A stretch of DNA of 64,000 nt from positions 165,168,001 through 165,232,000 of the forward strand of contig NC_135883.1 of assembly GCF_964194155.1 (NCBI RefSeq), in the 5' to 3' direction. Position numbers and translations under genes: made by a program. The DNA comes from Cetorhinus maximus. Its lineage: Eukaryota. Below, piece by piece: positions 1-10,699 of the stretch. The notes under the pieces were generated by a model, which worked only from the letters and a program-made list of their open reading frames with translations, had not been told where the DNA came from and ran no database searches. Each line of letters starts with the position of its first letter. The stretch's first letter is position 1.

Positions 1-565
1 AACAGCAAAGTACAATGTCTCAGAGCAGGAATGTTATGTTAATAGGAGATGTCTATCAACTCAATATCAATTGGAAAACTCAAGTAGTTTAGAGTCAGAG
101 TTGGTGAATGTGATGCTTGATTATTTCAGGACTCAAATGCGCAAGAGAAGCCACAAAAGGCAGTGCTCACCTTGACCTGGGATTTGTAATTGACCCAGAC
201 AACGTACTGAATGTACACAATGTGCCACAGTTCCCCTGGGGATCAGGGTCCACAGGATGAGCAAGTTTATCATGAAATGGGTTCAAATTAAGCCCGGGAA
301 CAAGGTTTAGAATCAGAAAATGGCCACGTTCCAGGCAAGATTTAAAATAAACGGATTGGAGGAAGACAATAAAAAACAAGATCAGCAGGTCAGACTTCAG
401 GCCTGACACTAAACAGATCAATAAAAAATGGAGTAAGAGGAAGAATTACCTCAACAAATCCTGCAGGGAGAAAGGAGGAAATGAACACAAGATCACACAA
501 AATAAATCACAAAAGATGACCAGAGGGGCAAAGAAAGGCCTAGAAAGTGGAAACAAAGCATAACC

Positions 566-725
566 ACAGCAACAACTTGCATTTATTAAGTGCCTTTAGC
601 ATTGTAAAATGTTCCAAGGTGTTTCACAGGACTGTTATTGGATAAATATATTGACACTGAGTCACAGAGATATTAGAGCAGATGACCAAAAGCTTGGTCA
701 AAGAGGTGAATTTGAAGGAGCGGTG
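566..725 (-). mobile_element. L2 LINE 3' end fragment
   Basis: CAACAACTTGCATTTATTAAGTGCCTTTA...CCAAAAGCTTGGTCAAAGAGG matches the L2 tail at 24995-25330. Confidence 0.7.
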
Positions 726-1837
726 CACATTTATTTAATACTTCAATACCAGGAGGATTATCAGAGAAAAACTGACATTAAAAGATGCAAACGGACTTGG
801 GCACAAGATAGTAAAAATTCCAAATGATTACTTCTTCCAAGCATTCACAAGGGAAAACAACATGCCCTCTTCAGAAAAAAATAAGAGTATAAAGGCAACA
901 TTTAGGACTTTGGTATAAATGCGATGGAAGTTTGTCTAAAACTGAAGTTACGTAAAGTAAATGCCTAGTGTTAGATCGTATTTATTCCAGAGTGTTGGGA
1001 GAAATGGACAAGGAGATTTGTGAGGCACTGACAGTTATTAGCGAATGAGTCAATGAACATTAGGGAGATTGGAAACAAGCTAATAAGGTTCCTTTTTCAA
1101 AAGGAGTGACAAAATAAACACAAGTAACAACAACCCAACATGTCTTCAAATCTGTGTAAAATAATGGAATTTAGTAGGAGTGAACCTGAAGATTATTTAC
1201 ACAACCACCCAGTACATAAGCATTTACTATGGTTTTAGATGGGGAAGATCCTACCTAACCAACCGACTTGATTTTTGTAAGGCAAGTCAACAACCCTCAA
1301 GTACTCTGTGGAGAACCCAACCAAGTTGCATATTTTAGGCTTTAGAAATGTAGTTGACAAAGTTCCTTGAAAAGATTGAAAATTAAATTGAAACCTAGGG
1401 ATTCTGCGCAAAACTTGGGTATGGATAAGAAATGGTTGATGGATGGAAAACTGGGAGTACTATTTGGGGGTAAAAGAGGAAAATTCGAGTGGGGCACTCC
1501 AGAGCTTGCTACTAATATGGCTGCTTTTCTGATTTACATCAATGATGGATTAAGAACTCCATATAAGTTGGTGAAATTTGCAGCGGTTACCCAACTGGGA
1601 GGGCCAGTGGAATAGGAGGCAGCCCAACAATTACATAATGAGCTGAATGCAAGTGAAATTAAATTTAATGCAGACAAGTGCAAAGAAAGCATTGGAAAAA
1701 AGGAGGAAAAATAGTTGATGCGCATACTTCATGAACGGCATTGAAATTGCTAGCAGTGATGTTGTAAGAGACCTTGGAATCTTAGATGATGCTCAACATG
1801 TTCAATCACTCTAGTGTAACAATCAACAAACCTAGGT

Positions 1838-2040
1838 TAACTGCGGATGCTGGAAAGCTGAAACAAAAACAGAAAATGCTGGAAAAACTCAGCAGGTCTA
1901 ACAGCATCTGTGGAGAGAGAGAAAGACAGAGTTAACGTTTCGAGTCCGTATGACTTCTTCAGAGCTAAAGAGAAATAAAAACGTGATGAAATTTATACTG
2001 TTTAAGGGGGGTGGAGCAGGTGAAGCTGGATAGAAGGCCA
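1838..2040 (-). mobile_element. Penelope-like element family B, pseudo-LTR fragment
   Basis: ACAGAAAATGCTGGAAAAACTCAGCAGGTC...GAGTTAACGTTTCGAGTC is shared with 2708-3310, 41920-42015, 43685-43770, 54891-55078 and 63800-63910. Confidence 0.8.
1930..1966 (-). ncRNA. Minimal type-I hammerhead ribozyme motif (Penelope family B), nearly intact
   Basis: Minus strand reads AGCT-CTGAAGA-AGTC-atacg-GACT-C-GAAA-CG-TT-AACT. It has the CUGANGA and GAAA core, a 4-bp stem II, a loopless palindromic ACGU stem III, a GUU cleavage triplet, and stem I AGCT/AACT with one mismatch. Confidence 0.65.
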
Positions 2041-2344
2041 TCAATAAACCTAACAATGTTGAACTATTTAATTGAAACTGTAGAATACAAGTCAGAGAAA
2101 GCAATGTCAAAACTATAGAGCGCTCTGGTCAGATCTCACCAAATACCGCGTTCATCTCCAGTCAGGGCAAAAACAAAAGACCTTCAAACACTGGAAGCAA
2201 CGAGGGAAATTTTAGTGTCAGGCAGATGAATTATGACAAAAGACTGTAGATGGATAGGTTTTTCAGCATGCAAAAGGAGCATTTTACAGGTTATCTTAGA
2301 AATTTCTCCTCAAGTTCTCCGCCCGAAGGCAAGTACTTATTCAC

Positions 2345-2497
2345 TGAACCACGGCCAAGTGCCATGATTTTTTTTACTACAGGTAGGGTGAGAAGGTAGG
2401 CCCTGAGTTCACCTTGGCCAGAACGGGGACCAAACCCTGTGCTGTTGGTGTTAATCTGATCCACACGCTAACTGTCTAGCCAACTGAGCTAACCGTC
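2345..2497 (-). mobile_element. tRNA-derived SINE head fragment
   Basis: Minus strand starts CGGTTAGCTCAGTTGGCTAGAC (Pol III A box), followed by a B-box-like GGGTTTGGTCCCC. Confidence 0.6.
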
Positions 2498-2707
2498 CCT
2501 TCCCTTAGAAGCTTATGAGATAGTAAATGGTACGAAAAAAATTAATCTGGAATATTATTTTAATCTAAACTGTGGTAATAGTTGTTTGGTGGTACAGAAC
2601 TTGAATATCGCTGAAAAAAAGAGACATCTCTAAGCTTTTCATCTTGCAATCAGGGGACTTCGCAAGAATACCAATATAAAGGGGAAAAAAAGCAAAATTA
2701 AACTGTA

Positions 2708-3310
2708 AGATAAAAGCAAAATGGATGCTGGAAATTTGAAATAAAACAAAATGCTGGAAAAACTCAGCAGGTCTGAAAATTCTGTTTCTCACTCCACAGA
2801 TGCTAACATTTCAAGTCTGTATGACCCTGCTTCAAAGCTAAAGAGAGGTAGAAATGTGATGAAACTTATATTGTTTAGGGGGTGGGGGGGGGGGGCATGG
2901 GTGGAGCAGGAGAAGCTGGATAGAAGACCAGGAGAGATTGACAAAGATGTCATGGATGAAAAGACAAAGGGAGTGTTAATGGTAGTGGTAAGGGCTAAAG
3001 GAGGTGCTGATAGTGGCATAAAGGCAAGAAAGCAGAATGTGTTAATAGCAGAACAAGTGTAACCGCTCTATGAAAGAACAACATGGAACAATTAACAGAT
3101 GGCCCTTTTAGGGGTGGGGCAGGTGGTGGGGGCAGTGGTTGGGGAAAAAGGATGGAAAAGGGATAAAAAGGGGATTTAAAAAATGAATAAATGAATAAAA
3201 ATGGATAAAAAAAAAAATAGTTATAAAAAAGGGGGGATTTAAAAGGGGTGAAGGTAGAGGAGACAGTTCATGGTCTGAAGTTGTTGAACTCAATGTTAAG
3301 TCCGGAAGGA
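2708..3310 (-). mobile_element. Penelope-like element family B 3' end (GIY-YIG C-terminus plus pLTR) inserted into the family-A pLTR
   Basis: Minus strand 3272-3309 encodes PSGLNIEFNNFRP, the GIY-YIG terminal GLN motif. It is flanked by an imperfect direct repeat of about 14 bp, CAAAATTAAACTGTA (2693-2707) and CAATTTAAACTGTA (3313-3326). A decayed hammerhead lies at about 2802-2840. Confidence 0.8.
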
Positions 3311-3630
3311 AACAATTTAAACTGTATGTGAAGAGTGCTGATTGGTTGGCAAATGGACTCTGATTGATAGATGCGCTGCCATAGAGAATGCATGAGTGAT
3401 GGTGACTGATGGTTAACTGCTAAGCATTGTTTGAAATTTAAACATCTTGGCCCTGATTGGTCAAGTCATTGCCCCCAGGTGAGTCAGCAAATGGCTGTCA
3501 CTTACTTTGTTTAGCTGAAACAGGCGCAATGTACATGTACACAATCAGAGTCCACTTGCCAACCAATCAGTCCTCTCTTTACACACAGTATAAATTGCTG
3601 TTTTCCCCTTATATTGGTATTCTTGCAAAG

Positions 3631-3664
3631 TGTGCTGGTGAGTGCAAGATGAAAAGCTTAGACA
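3631..3664 (+). ncRNA. Degenerate minimal hammerhead motif (Penelope family A)
   Basis: TGTG-CTGGTGA-GTGCAAGAT-GAAA-AGCT-TA-GACA. The sister copy at 18940-18965 keeps TGTC-CTGATGA. The consensus has stem I TGTC/GACA and a palindromic AAGCTT stem III. Confidence 0.55.
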
Positions 3665-4499
3665 TGTCTCTTTTTTCAGCAATAAACTGGCAGTAGGATA
3701 GGGAACACAGGCTCAAACTAGTAACAGCAAACACTAACAGAAATATTAGTGGGCTCCATTTTGCAGAGAGTGACCAATATTTGGATTAGGCTTCCCCAAG
3801 CAGAATGCTAGGATGTAAGCTATGCCAATGGTGGAAACATAAGGTAGTTATTATAGACGAATTTCCTCATTCTTCTTATGTATTTTATGAACATTTCTGG
3901 TTTGCTGATAATTCATTTGAAAACTAGGCAAGAAGAGTATTTCAAAGACACAACTGCTACTATGAAAAAACTGGTAATGTAATGAATGTGTGTGCTGTTG
4001 TCAGGTAGTGAAAGGAATCAAGTTCAGCTGTTATGCACATACATAGTTCAACATCCTATGGCCCTCCATTGCCAAGACTTAAACACAAAGAAGGGCCAAG
4101 AGAGAAAGATAGCAAAGAGAGAGAGTCAGTGACTCTGAAACCATACCCCATCACGAGTCACTGTCTTAAAGGGAAGGCAGGAGAAATGGAGATACAACTG
4201 AGAAAAAAAACAAGTTTCGTAAATGAATTCTCTCGAAAATGCACTTTTTACATCCCAGAGGAGGAATTCTAACTGCTACTGCTGCATTCGAGTGCAATTA
4301 CAGGACAGTTGGCTCGCTGAGCATTAAATTCATTTTACAATATATGCTCTGGACACAAAATTAAACACCCCAAGCTCCAAAAATAAATATCCCTCAAATT
4401 TTGAACAAAAAATTTTAGATTTACATGGTCCAGAACCAAGGGGTTATAATTCTCAGGATAACCTGAACAAGCTGCTGTTCTTTTCTCCAGAAAATAAAA

Positions 4500-4860
4500 C
4501 AACTGAGGGGGGAGCTGATGGTGATTTTAAAGTTATAAAGGGGTTTGATCGGACAGATAGAGGAAAGATGTTTCCACTTGTGGGGGACACCAAAATAAGG
4601 GGTAATGAACATAAGATAGTCACATAATAAATTCAATAGTGAATTCAGGAGAAATTCTTTACCCAGAGAGTGGTAGGAATATGGAATATGCTACCATATG
4701 AAGTGAGTGTGGCATTTAAGGGCAAGTTAGATAAATGTGAGAGAAAAAAGAATAAAAGGTTATGCTGATAGGGTTAGATGGAGTAAGGTGGGAGGAGGCT
4801 TGTTTGGAGCATAGACGTTGGCAGACAATTGTGGGGCTGAATGACCTATGTACTGTATAT
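4500..4860 (+). mobile_element. CR1 LINE 3' fragment
   Basis: LRGELMVILKL..GFD, AGGAGAAATTCTTTACCCAGAGAGTGGT and a CR1-type 3'UTR. Confidence 0.8.
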
Positions 4861-5509
4861 TCAATGCATTCTACATAATTACAATCATTTCATATTGAAT
4901 TCAAGGATAGAGTGTTTAGGGTCCAGTTACAGAAATGCTGGGCTAAATTTCAGAGAGTGGAAGTGTTTAGTCAGGATGCTATTATGAGTTGGGGCAGGCT
5001 TGATTGAATTGGCTGGTGCCCATTCATTTTTATAGGTTTGTATGTTTGAATGGTTAATTCAGAAGTAATAGCTTTAAATTCTGCAGTTGTTCTGGAGTGG
5101 AGTAGTTGCTATAAATATAATTATAGAACTTAATGCAAACAATCCACCTTTGAGGCAGGCAGTTGGTGGAACTCCCAATAGAACTTTAAATCCAGAATTG
5201 GTCATCACTCACATAAGTATGTTGAAACTTTGCAGCACCTGTAACACGTAAATAGAAACAAAGATGTTTACAGCACAGAAAATGCGCATTCAGGTCCACT
5301 GGAGACGAGAAGCTTCAGTTAACTGGAGCGGCTAGAAAAGCCGGTGATGTTCTCCTTACAGCAGAGGGAATGTAAAGAGATTTTCTTGAAGCCATAGTCA
5401 TACTGGCACAGAAGACAACTGTTTGACCCATACAGTCCGTGCCAGAATTGCCACATATTCAAAATTATGAAGGGTTTTTAAAAGAGTAAAGATGCATAAA
5501 TAGTTTCAG

Positions 5510-6138
5510 CAGAAATTGAACTGGACTAGACATATAAATACTGTGGCTACAAGAGCAGGTCAGAGGCTGGAAATTCTGTGGAAAGTAATTCACCTCCTGA
5601 CTCCCCAAAGCCTGTCTACTATATGCAAGGCATAAGTCAGGAGTGTGATGGAATACTCTCCACTTGCCTGGATGAGTGCAGCTCCCACAACACTCAAGGA
5701 GCTTGACACCGTCCTGGACAAAGCAGCGCACTTGATTGGCACCACATCCACAAACATTCACTCCCTTCACCACGGATGAACAGCAGCAGCAGTGTGTACC
5801 ATCTACAACATGCACTGCAGGAGCTCACCAAGGCTCCTTAGACAGCACCTTCCAAACCCATGACCGTTACCATCTAGAAGGACAAGGGCAGCAGATACAT
5901 GGGAACGCCGCCGCCCCCCCCCCCCCCCACCCCCCCAAAGACAATCACCATCCTGACTTGGAAATATATCGCCGTTCCTTCACTGTCGCTGGGTCAAAAT
6001 CCTGGAACTCCTTCCCTAGCACCACATGGACTGCAGCGGTTCAAGGAGGCAACTCACTACCATTTTCTCAAGGGCAATTAGGGATGGGCAATAAATGGTG
6101 ACCCAGCCAGCAACATCCACATCCCGCAAATGAAGGAA
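5510..6138 (+). mobile_element. 5'-truncated LINE of a non-HER1 CR1-supergroup family (Crack/Daphne/L2B-like; called family X here), nested in CR1 fragments at 5290-5510 and 6140-6380
   Basis: Encodes ATRAGQRL..LLTPQSLSTI..QVRSVMEYSPLAWMSAAPTTL. The 3' tail is AAGGGCAATTAGGGATGGGCAATAAATG...CACATCCC. Confidence 0.85.
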
Positions 6139-6384
6139 AAAAACTATTTCCAGTGGCAGATGGATCAGTAATCAGGGGGCATGGATTTAGAATAATTAGT
6201 AAAAGAACCAAAGGCGAGGTGAGGGGACTTTTTCTTCTTTTTTTTTTAAATGCAGCAAATTTTTGTGGCCTGGAATGCACTACCCGAAATAGCGGTGGAA
6301 GCAAATTAAATAACAACTTTCAAAAGGGGGTTGGATAAATAATTGTGGGGAAAGATTTACAGGGCTAACAGAGAGGTAACATTG

Positions 6385-6620
6385 GGAAATGGTGCAGGAT
6401 GGGGAAAGGCCTGCCACCCAACCAGATGCAGATTGGGGGCAGCCACAGGGGCTGCTAAGTGCTGAGGGATGCTGTTTAAAAGGCCCACCTTGGTTCCCCG
6501 GGATTTTGTCCCAGTTGTTTGCTCACCTTTTAGGCCCTCCAAATATTGGCAAGACTTGCTATGGGCAGTCTGCATATTCCCCAATGGAAGGCCAATACCA
6601 TCCTCTTCACTCAGGAACCA
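6385..6620. mobile_element. Fragment of a non-autonomous DNA transposon, same family as about 29890-29960 in opposite orientation
   Basis: AAGGCCCACCTTGGTTC...GTCCCAGTTG...TTAGGCCCTC matches the reverse complement of 29890-29950. Confidence 0.55.
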
Positions 6621-6877
6621 TCAGATACATTATCCCTGCAATGCAATACTGACATCAATACCCTACCATAACCTTTTTTTTTTAATTTTAGAACCTTACA
6701 GCACAGGAGGTGGCTATTCAGTAGATCATGCCTGTGCCAGCTTTTGAAAGAGCTATCTGATTAGGCCAATTCCTCTTCTTTTTCATCATAGCTCTGTAAA
6801 TGTTTCACCCTTTAAGTATTTATCCAATCTGTACTGCAACACATCCAGTGCCTGCCTTCAATGGCCCTCGCTCCTAT

Positions 6878-7520
6878 TTTTTTTATTCATTCATGGGGTG
6901 TGGACCTTGCTGGGTAGGGCAGCATTTAATGCCCATCCCTAATTGCCCTTGAGAAGGTGATGGTGAGCTGCTTCTTGAACCACTGCAGTCCTGTGGTGTA
7001 GGCACACTCAGTGCTGTTAGGGAGTTCTAGAATTTGGACCCAACAACAGTGAAGGAACGGCGATATGATTCCAAGGCAGGATGATATGTGGCTTGGAGGG
7101 GAACTTGCACATGGTGGTGTTCCCATGCATCTGCTGCCCTTGTCCTTCTAGGTGGTAGAGGTCACGTTTTTGGAAGGTGCTATTGCAGGAGGCTTGGCGA
7201 GTTGCTGCAGTGCATCTATTAGATGATACACACTGCTGCCACTGTGCATCGGTGGTGGAGGGGTGAACGTTGAAAGTGGTGGATGGGGTGCCAATCAAGT
7301 GGGCTGCTTTGTCCTGGATGGTGTCGAGCTTCTTGCGTGTTGTTGGAGCTGCACTCATCCAGGCAAGTGGAGAGTATTCCATCACACTCCTGTCTTGTGC
7401 CTCGTAGATGGTGGACAAGCTTTGGGGAGTCAGCAGGCGAATTACTTGCCGCAGAATTCCCAGCCTCTGCCCTGCATTTGTAGCCACGGTATTTACATGG
7501 CTAGTCTAGTTCAATTTCTG
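6878..7520 (-). mobile_element. Family X LINE 3' fragment
   Basis: ORF 7017-7487 MATNAGQRLGILRQVIRLLTPQSLSTIY. It is an inverted copy of 5510-6138. Confidence 0.85.
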
Positions 7521-7679
7521 CTTAGTAGTCAATATCACTCTGATGCACCACTAGCCAGTGCTTAAAGAAATGGGACAGTGGGAAATACATATATTGGAGA
7601 ACAGTGTGTTGGGTCCCTTATCGCAATCAGTTCTGTGCTGCTAATGCACATTCTGATCCCAAATCACAAACCAGCTGAG

Positions 7680-7915
7680 CAGTACTTCCACTGGTTAATG
7701 GCTAAACACATCACCAGAATCTGATCTCGGCCAGAGTACTGCCTCAGTGCTCACGCACAAAGAAAGGACAAAAATCAACCAGGATTTTCACTCTGGCTCA
7801 TATCCAGTGACTCAGAGTGCACATGCACTAGCAGGATGAAGGGGTCAAGTCTTACTGTGATGCCCTCTGCAGTTGAATGACTTGCTGATGCTCATTGTTA
7901 AAGTTCCACCCTTGA
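7680..7915 (+). mobile_element. LF-SINE-like relic
   Basis: CTGATCTCGGCCAG..GCCTCAGTGC..AAAATCAACCAGG..TATCCAGTGAC..CTGTGATGCCC..GTTGAATGACTTGCTGATGCTCATTG follows the block order of the LF-SINE consensus as I recall it; not aligned. Confidence 0.55.
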
Positions 7916-8099
7916 GGACTGTAAATCCATACTCTAAGAACAATCAGGACAGGAGAACACTTTTGAAATGATAGCTGTCTTAAATGGAGATAAATGGGAT
8001 TGGGCTTTATATACTTATTAATAGGTTAACACATTGAATTTGAAGCTGAAAAGAGTCAAGAATGAGGGCCATTTCTTCTGTTTCAAAGTATAAGGCATA

Positions 8100-10550
8100 A
8101 AATTTTATAGTGAATACTCACTGCAGGAATATATATCTGCCTTTAGCAACTACTGTGTATGGTGCAACACATGTTGGCACGCTGCTGGCCACAAATCAGA
8201 GCAAAGCAATAAGACGGCTAAAATATGGCTGCAGATCAGCAGCACTGGGAAGGAAGCCTGGGCTTGAACAGGAAGCGCTAAAGACCCTTTCCAACATTTT
8301 CTCAAATAGAAAGCCAATAATTTTGGTCAGAATGACAAAAAATAGGGAATCTGAAAACTCAGCTTGAGCTTCTTTCTTTCTTATTTTAAATTTTTTTTCT
8401 GAAAATGGATTCAGTGAAACTTTTAAAGCAAATACATATTTATTGCTTTTACACAAATTGTGTAGTGCCCTTCCATGAAGATTCTAAGAGCATGTCAAAT
8501 ATAGAGGTAAGAAACTTAAAAGAAAATAACTCATGAATTTACACAACATAATCACATTATGCTCTGAAATAGTTCTATTTAGCTCTAAGTTACAGATCTT
8601 AAATTCAATTCCGCCTTCATATATAAAACATAGCAAATCTCAACAGTGTAAAAAGCACGATTCATAATCATAAGCTGTGTAGTTCCACTTACTGTAGTGT
8701 CTTGGGGATGTACGACAAGGAATTAAACACTGGTGCTGAGTTCCCTAGGGCATTTCTTCACCCAGTTTAAATGCCCACAGACCCTTTTTTTTTTTACAGC
8801 TCTGAACTCTGCACACACCCATGCTCTTACAAACAGAATTGGTCTGCACTTTAATGAACACAGTCCACAGCTTGGAAGCTGACAAACCAGAGCTGCAGCA
8901 CATTGCCTGAGACCCACCACCCCGTAGAGTAGCTCCCAGCTTACAAGCTTGAATCACAAGGACGATAACTGGCTCCCTGCCACTGGTCCCATCCCATTTA
9001 CTTCTATTTACATCCCTTTACTGGGAACTGACAAACCTCTGGCGAGATGAAGGAAATGTTCCTGGTGCTTTCAATAAATTAGAAGAATTAAATTTACTTT
9101 GCTCTCCTCCAAAGTACATGTGTGAAAGCAAGCAATGCTTTAATAAAAAAAACGAAGCAAGCATTCATTGTCACTTCAAAAAGAGATAAATTTGCTTTGA
9201 GAAATAGCCTCGAGTTTCAAGCCTGAATATAAAGCTGTGTGATCAGGAAGCTGAGCTCTTTCACCAACTCGCATCTTCAGTGCGATCTCCCTGGAAATCA
9301 AGCAATCATCAGTCTTTTGAAAACCTCAACAGCATTATCTAGTAAATCAGCGCACAAGCTTTTTCTGTGGCTGCCTCTTTATTTTAGAGCTGCGGCTCAA
9401 TGCCACAAAGGAAACATGTCTTCAAAACAAAAATAAAACAAACCCTGACACAAAAATATCTGGACATTCACAGCTATTCTCAAAGTCCTTAAAAAACCTT
9501 AACCAGTAATGGAAAGTCTGTGACTCCTAAATGTTTCTATTGTCACTTCAATAGAAGATACAGGGTGAAAGAAAGAGGAGATGAGTGAGTGGTGAGTGAG
9601 TGAGGTGAGTGAGCAAGTCAGGTGAGTGAAAGAGAGAATGTGGGGGGAGGGGGGCAACACTTAGCACGTGATCCCAACAAACTTTCATTTCCTTCTGTGA
9701 ATCCCATTGTCAGATGGTCCTGTTAAATATTTACCCTTCCCAGATTACTAAAATGGGATGAAATGAGACTCTTTGTTGTTCGGGCCATTTGCACAATTCT
9801 GTGGTACCAAGATAAAATTCTCATGCCTTCACTGGATGAAGGACTGTTGCAGCTAGTATCTACAGCAGGACAAAATGGGTTCTCAACCTTCTTTGATACT
9901 CTTCTGGGAAACGACACCATTCTTCCAGCAGTAAAGCTAAATTCTTTTGCTCAACCATTCAGCTGCTCTGCTGGAAGACTGTAGCTTAATTTTATTATTT
10001 TTCATCAGGGATGGTCAGGATAGGGAGAAAACTAGGACAGAGTTAGGTTTATTTTTACAGATAGATTTCTTGGTACAAAAATCGCTGAAATTACACTAGG
10101 GTGCATCATTCAGCTGACTTGATAGAGACAGTCTGGATCAAATTGCAGTTACCCAAATAGACCATTTTATGTAACACCTGTTTGCTCTTCCTCATATAGA
10201 TATAATAGTTCTTTAAGCTCTTCACACAGAGCTCTAATACCTTGTTTACACAGCGGCTGCCGGGTACCTCCTTTGGCTTTGCTGTGAATTGCAATGCAAT
10301 GTGCAAACACGTACCACAGCATCAGACCTTCTTGATTGTGGGAACTGAACTCAGTCAAACTGAGCTGCACACACAAAGAGGAATACATTCATACTTAGAG
10401 CCCACCCACCTCCCCACTCCTCCAAAACAACTAACATACTGTTCAGATAGATAGTCCGGCAGCATTAACCTTTACCTTCCAAACATACACACTCTTTAGA
10501 GTTATGCTAAAGGAAAGAAACAACTACTTTATCTTAAAAAATATAATGGC
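8100..10550. promoter_or_regulatory. TE-free island, candidate alternative promoter or enhancer region of a minus-strand gene
   Basis: About 2.4 kb with no recognisable repeat. Motifs cluster at 10240-10420: TGTTTAC forkhead, ACCACA RUNX, GTGGGAA RBPJ, GAGGAA ETS, CCCACCC KLF. Minus-strand donors lie at 8121 (GCA/GTGAGT) and 9734 (AGG/GTAAAT). Confidence 0.4.
9735..9920 (-). CDS. Candidate alternative first coding exon (62 codons, phase-0 donor) of an unidentified host gene
   Basis: Strong Kozak context agaATGG. The frame is open for MVSFPRRVSKKVENPFCPAVDTSCNSPSSSEGMRILSWYHRIVQMARTTKSLISSHFSNLGR and ends at AGG/GTAAAT. The sequence is non-repetitive. I recognise no homologue. Confidence 0.3.
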
Positions 10551-10699
10551 CGAGCTTACTGGGTGACTCCGTATGTAAATGCACCACCACCTGGTAGTGT
10601 AGTATTCAGCCCTGTAGACCAGGAAGATCCTACCTTCCATCATTGATTTGTGCTGAACCAGCTAGTCTAAGCTGGTGCAGTGGTAGAGAGGAAATAGCT

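Larger units (their letters stand above)
1..2600 (+). mobile_element. Old, heavily decayed CR1 LINE ORF2 (endonuclease C-terminus to RT), interrupted by later insertions; probable 3' remnant at about 3690-3860
   Basis: Sequence near 140-260 translates as EATKGSAHLDLGFVIDPD, resembling CR1 PTR..A.LDLV. ORF 1367-1615 has FLIYINDGL..VKFAAVTQLGG, a decayed FADDTKLGG RT motif. Many stops. Confidence 0.75.
2610..3685. mobile_element. Penelope-like element family A: inverted pseudo-LTR pair (minus copy 2610-3540, plus copy 3541-3685) with a nested family-B element
   Basis: 3541-3685 is the reverse complement of 2610-2700 plus 3313-3366. The same pLTR follows a GIY-YIG ORF end at 18660-18990. Confidence 0.8.

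Noticed and set aside
167-421. Minus-strand ORF ending at a good donor AAG/GTGAGC (171)
   Set aside because: It lies antisense within a decayed CR1 endonuclease region, and no acceptor AG follows the pyrimidine tract.
2877-3145. G-rich runs with G-quadruplex potential (C-rich counterpart at 5910-5936)
   Set aside because: They are homopolymer expansions inside TE copies, with no evidence of function.
10106-10388. Overlapping minus-strand ORFs in the unique island
   Set aside because: I recognise no homology and see no convincing acceptor-donor pair. A promoter or leader reading fits better.
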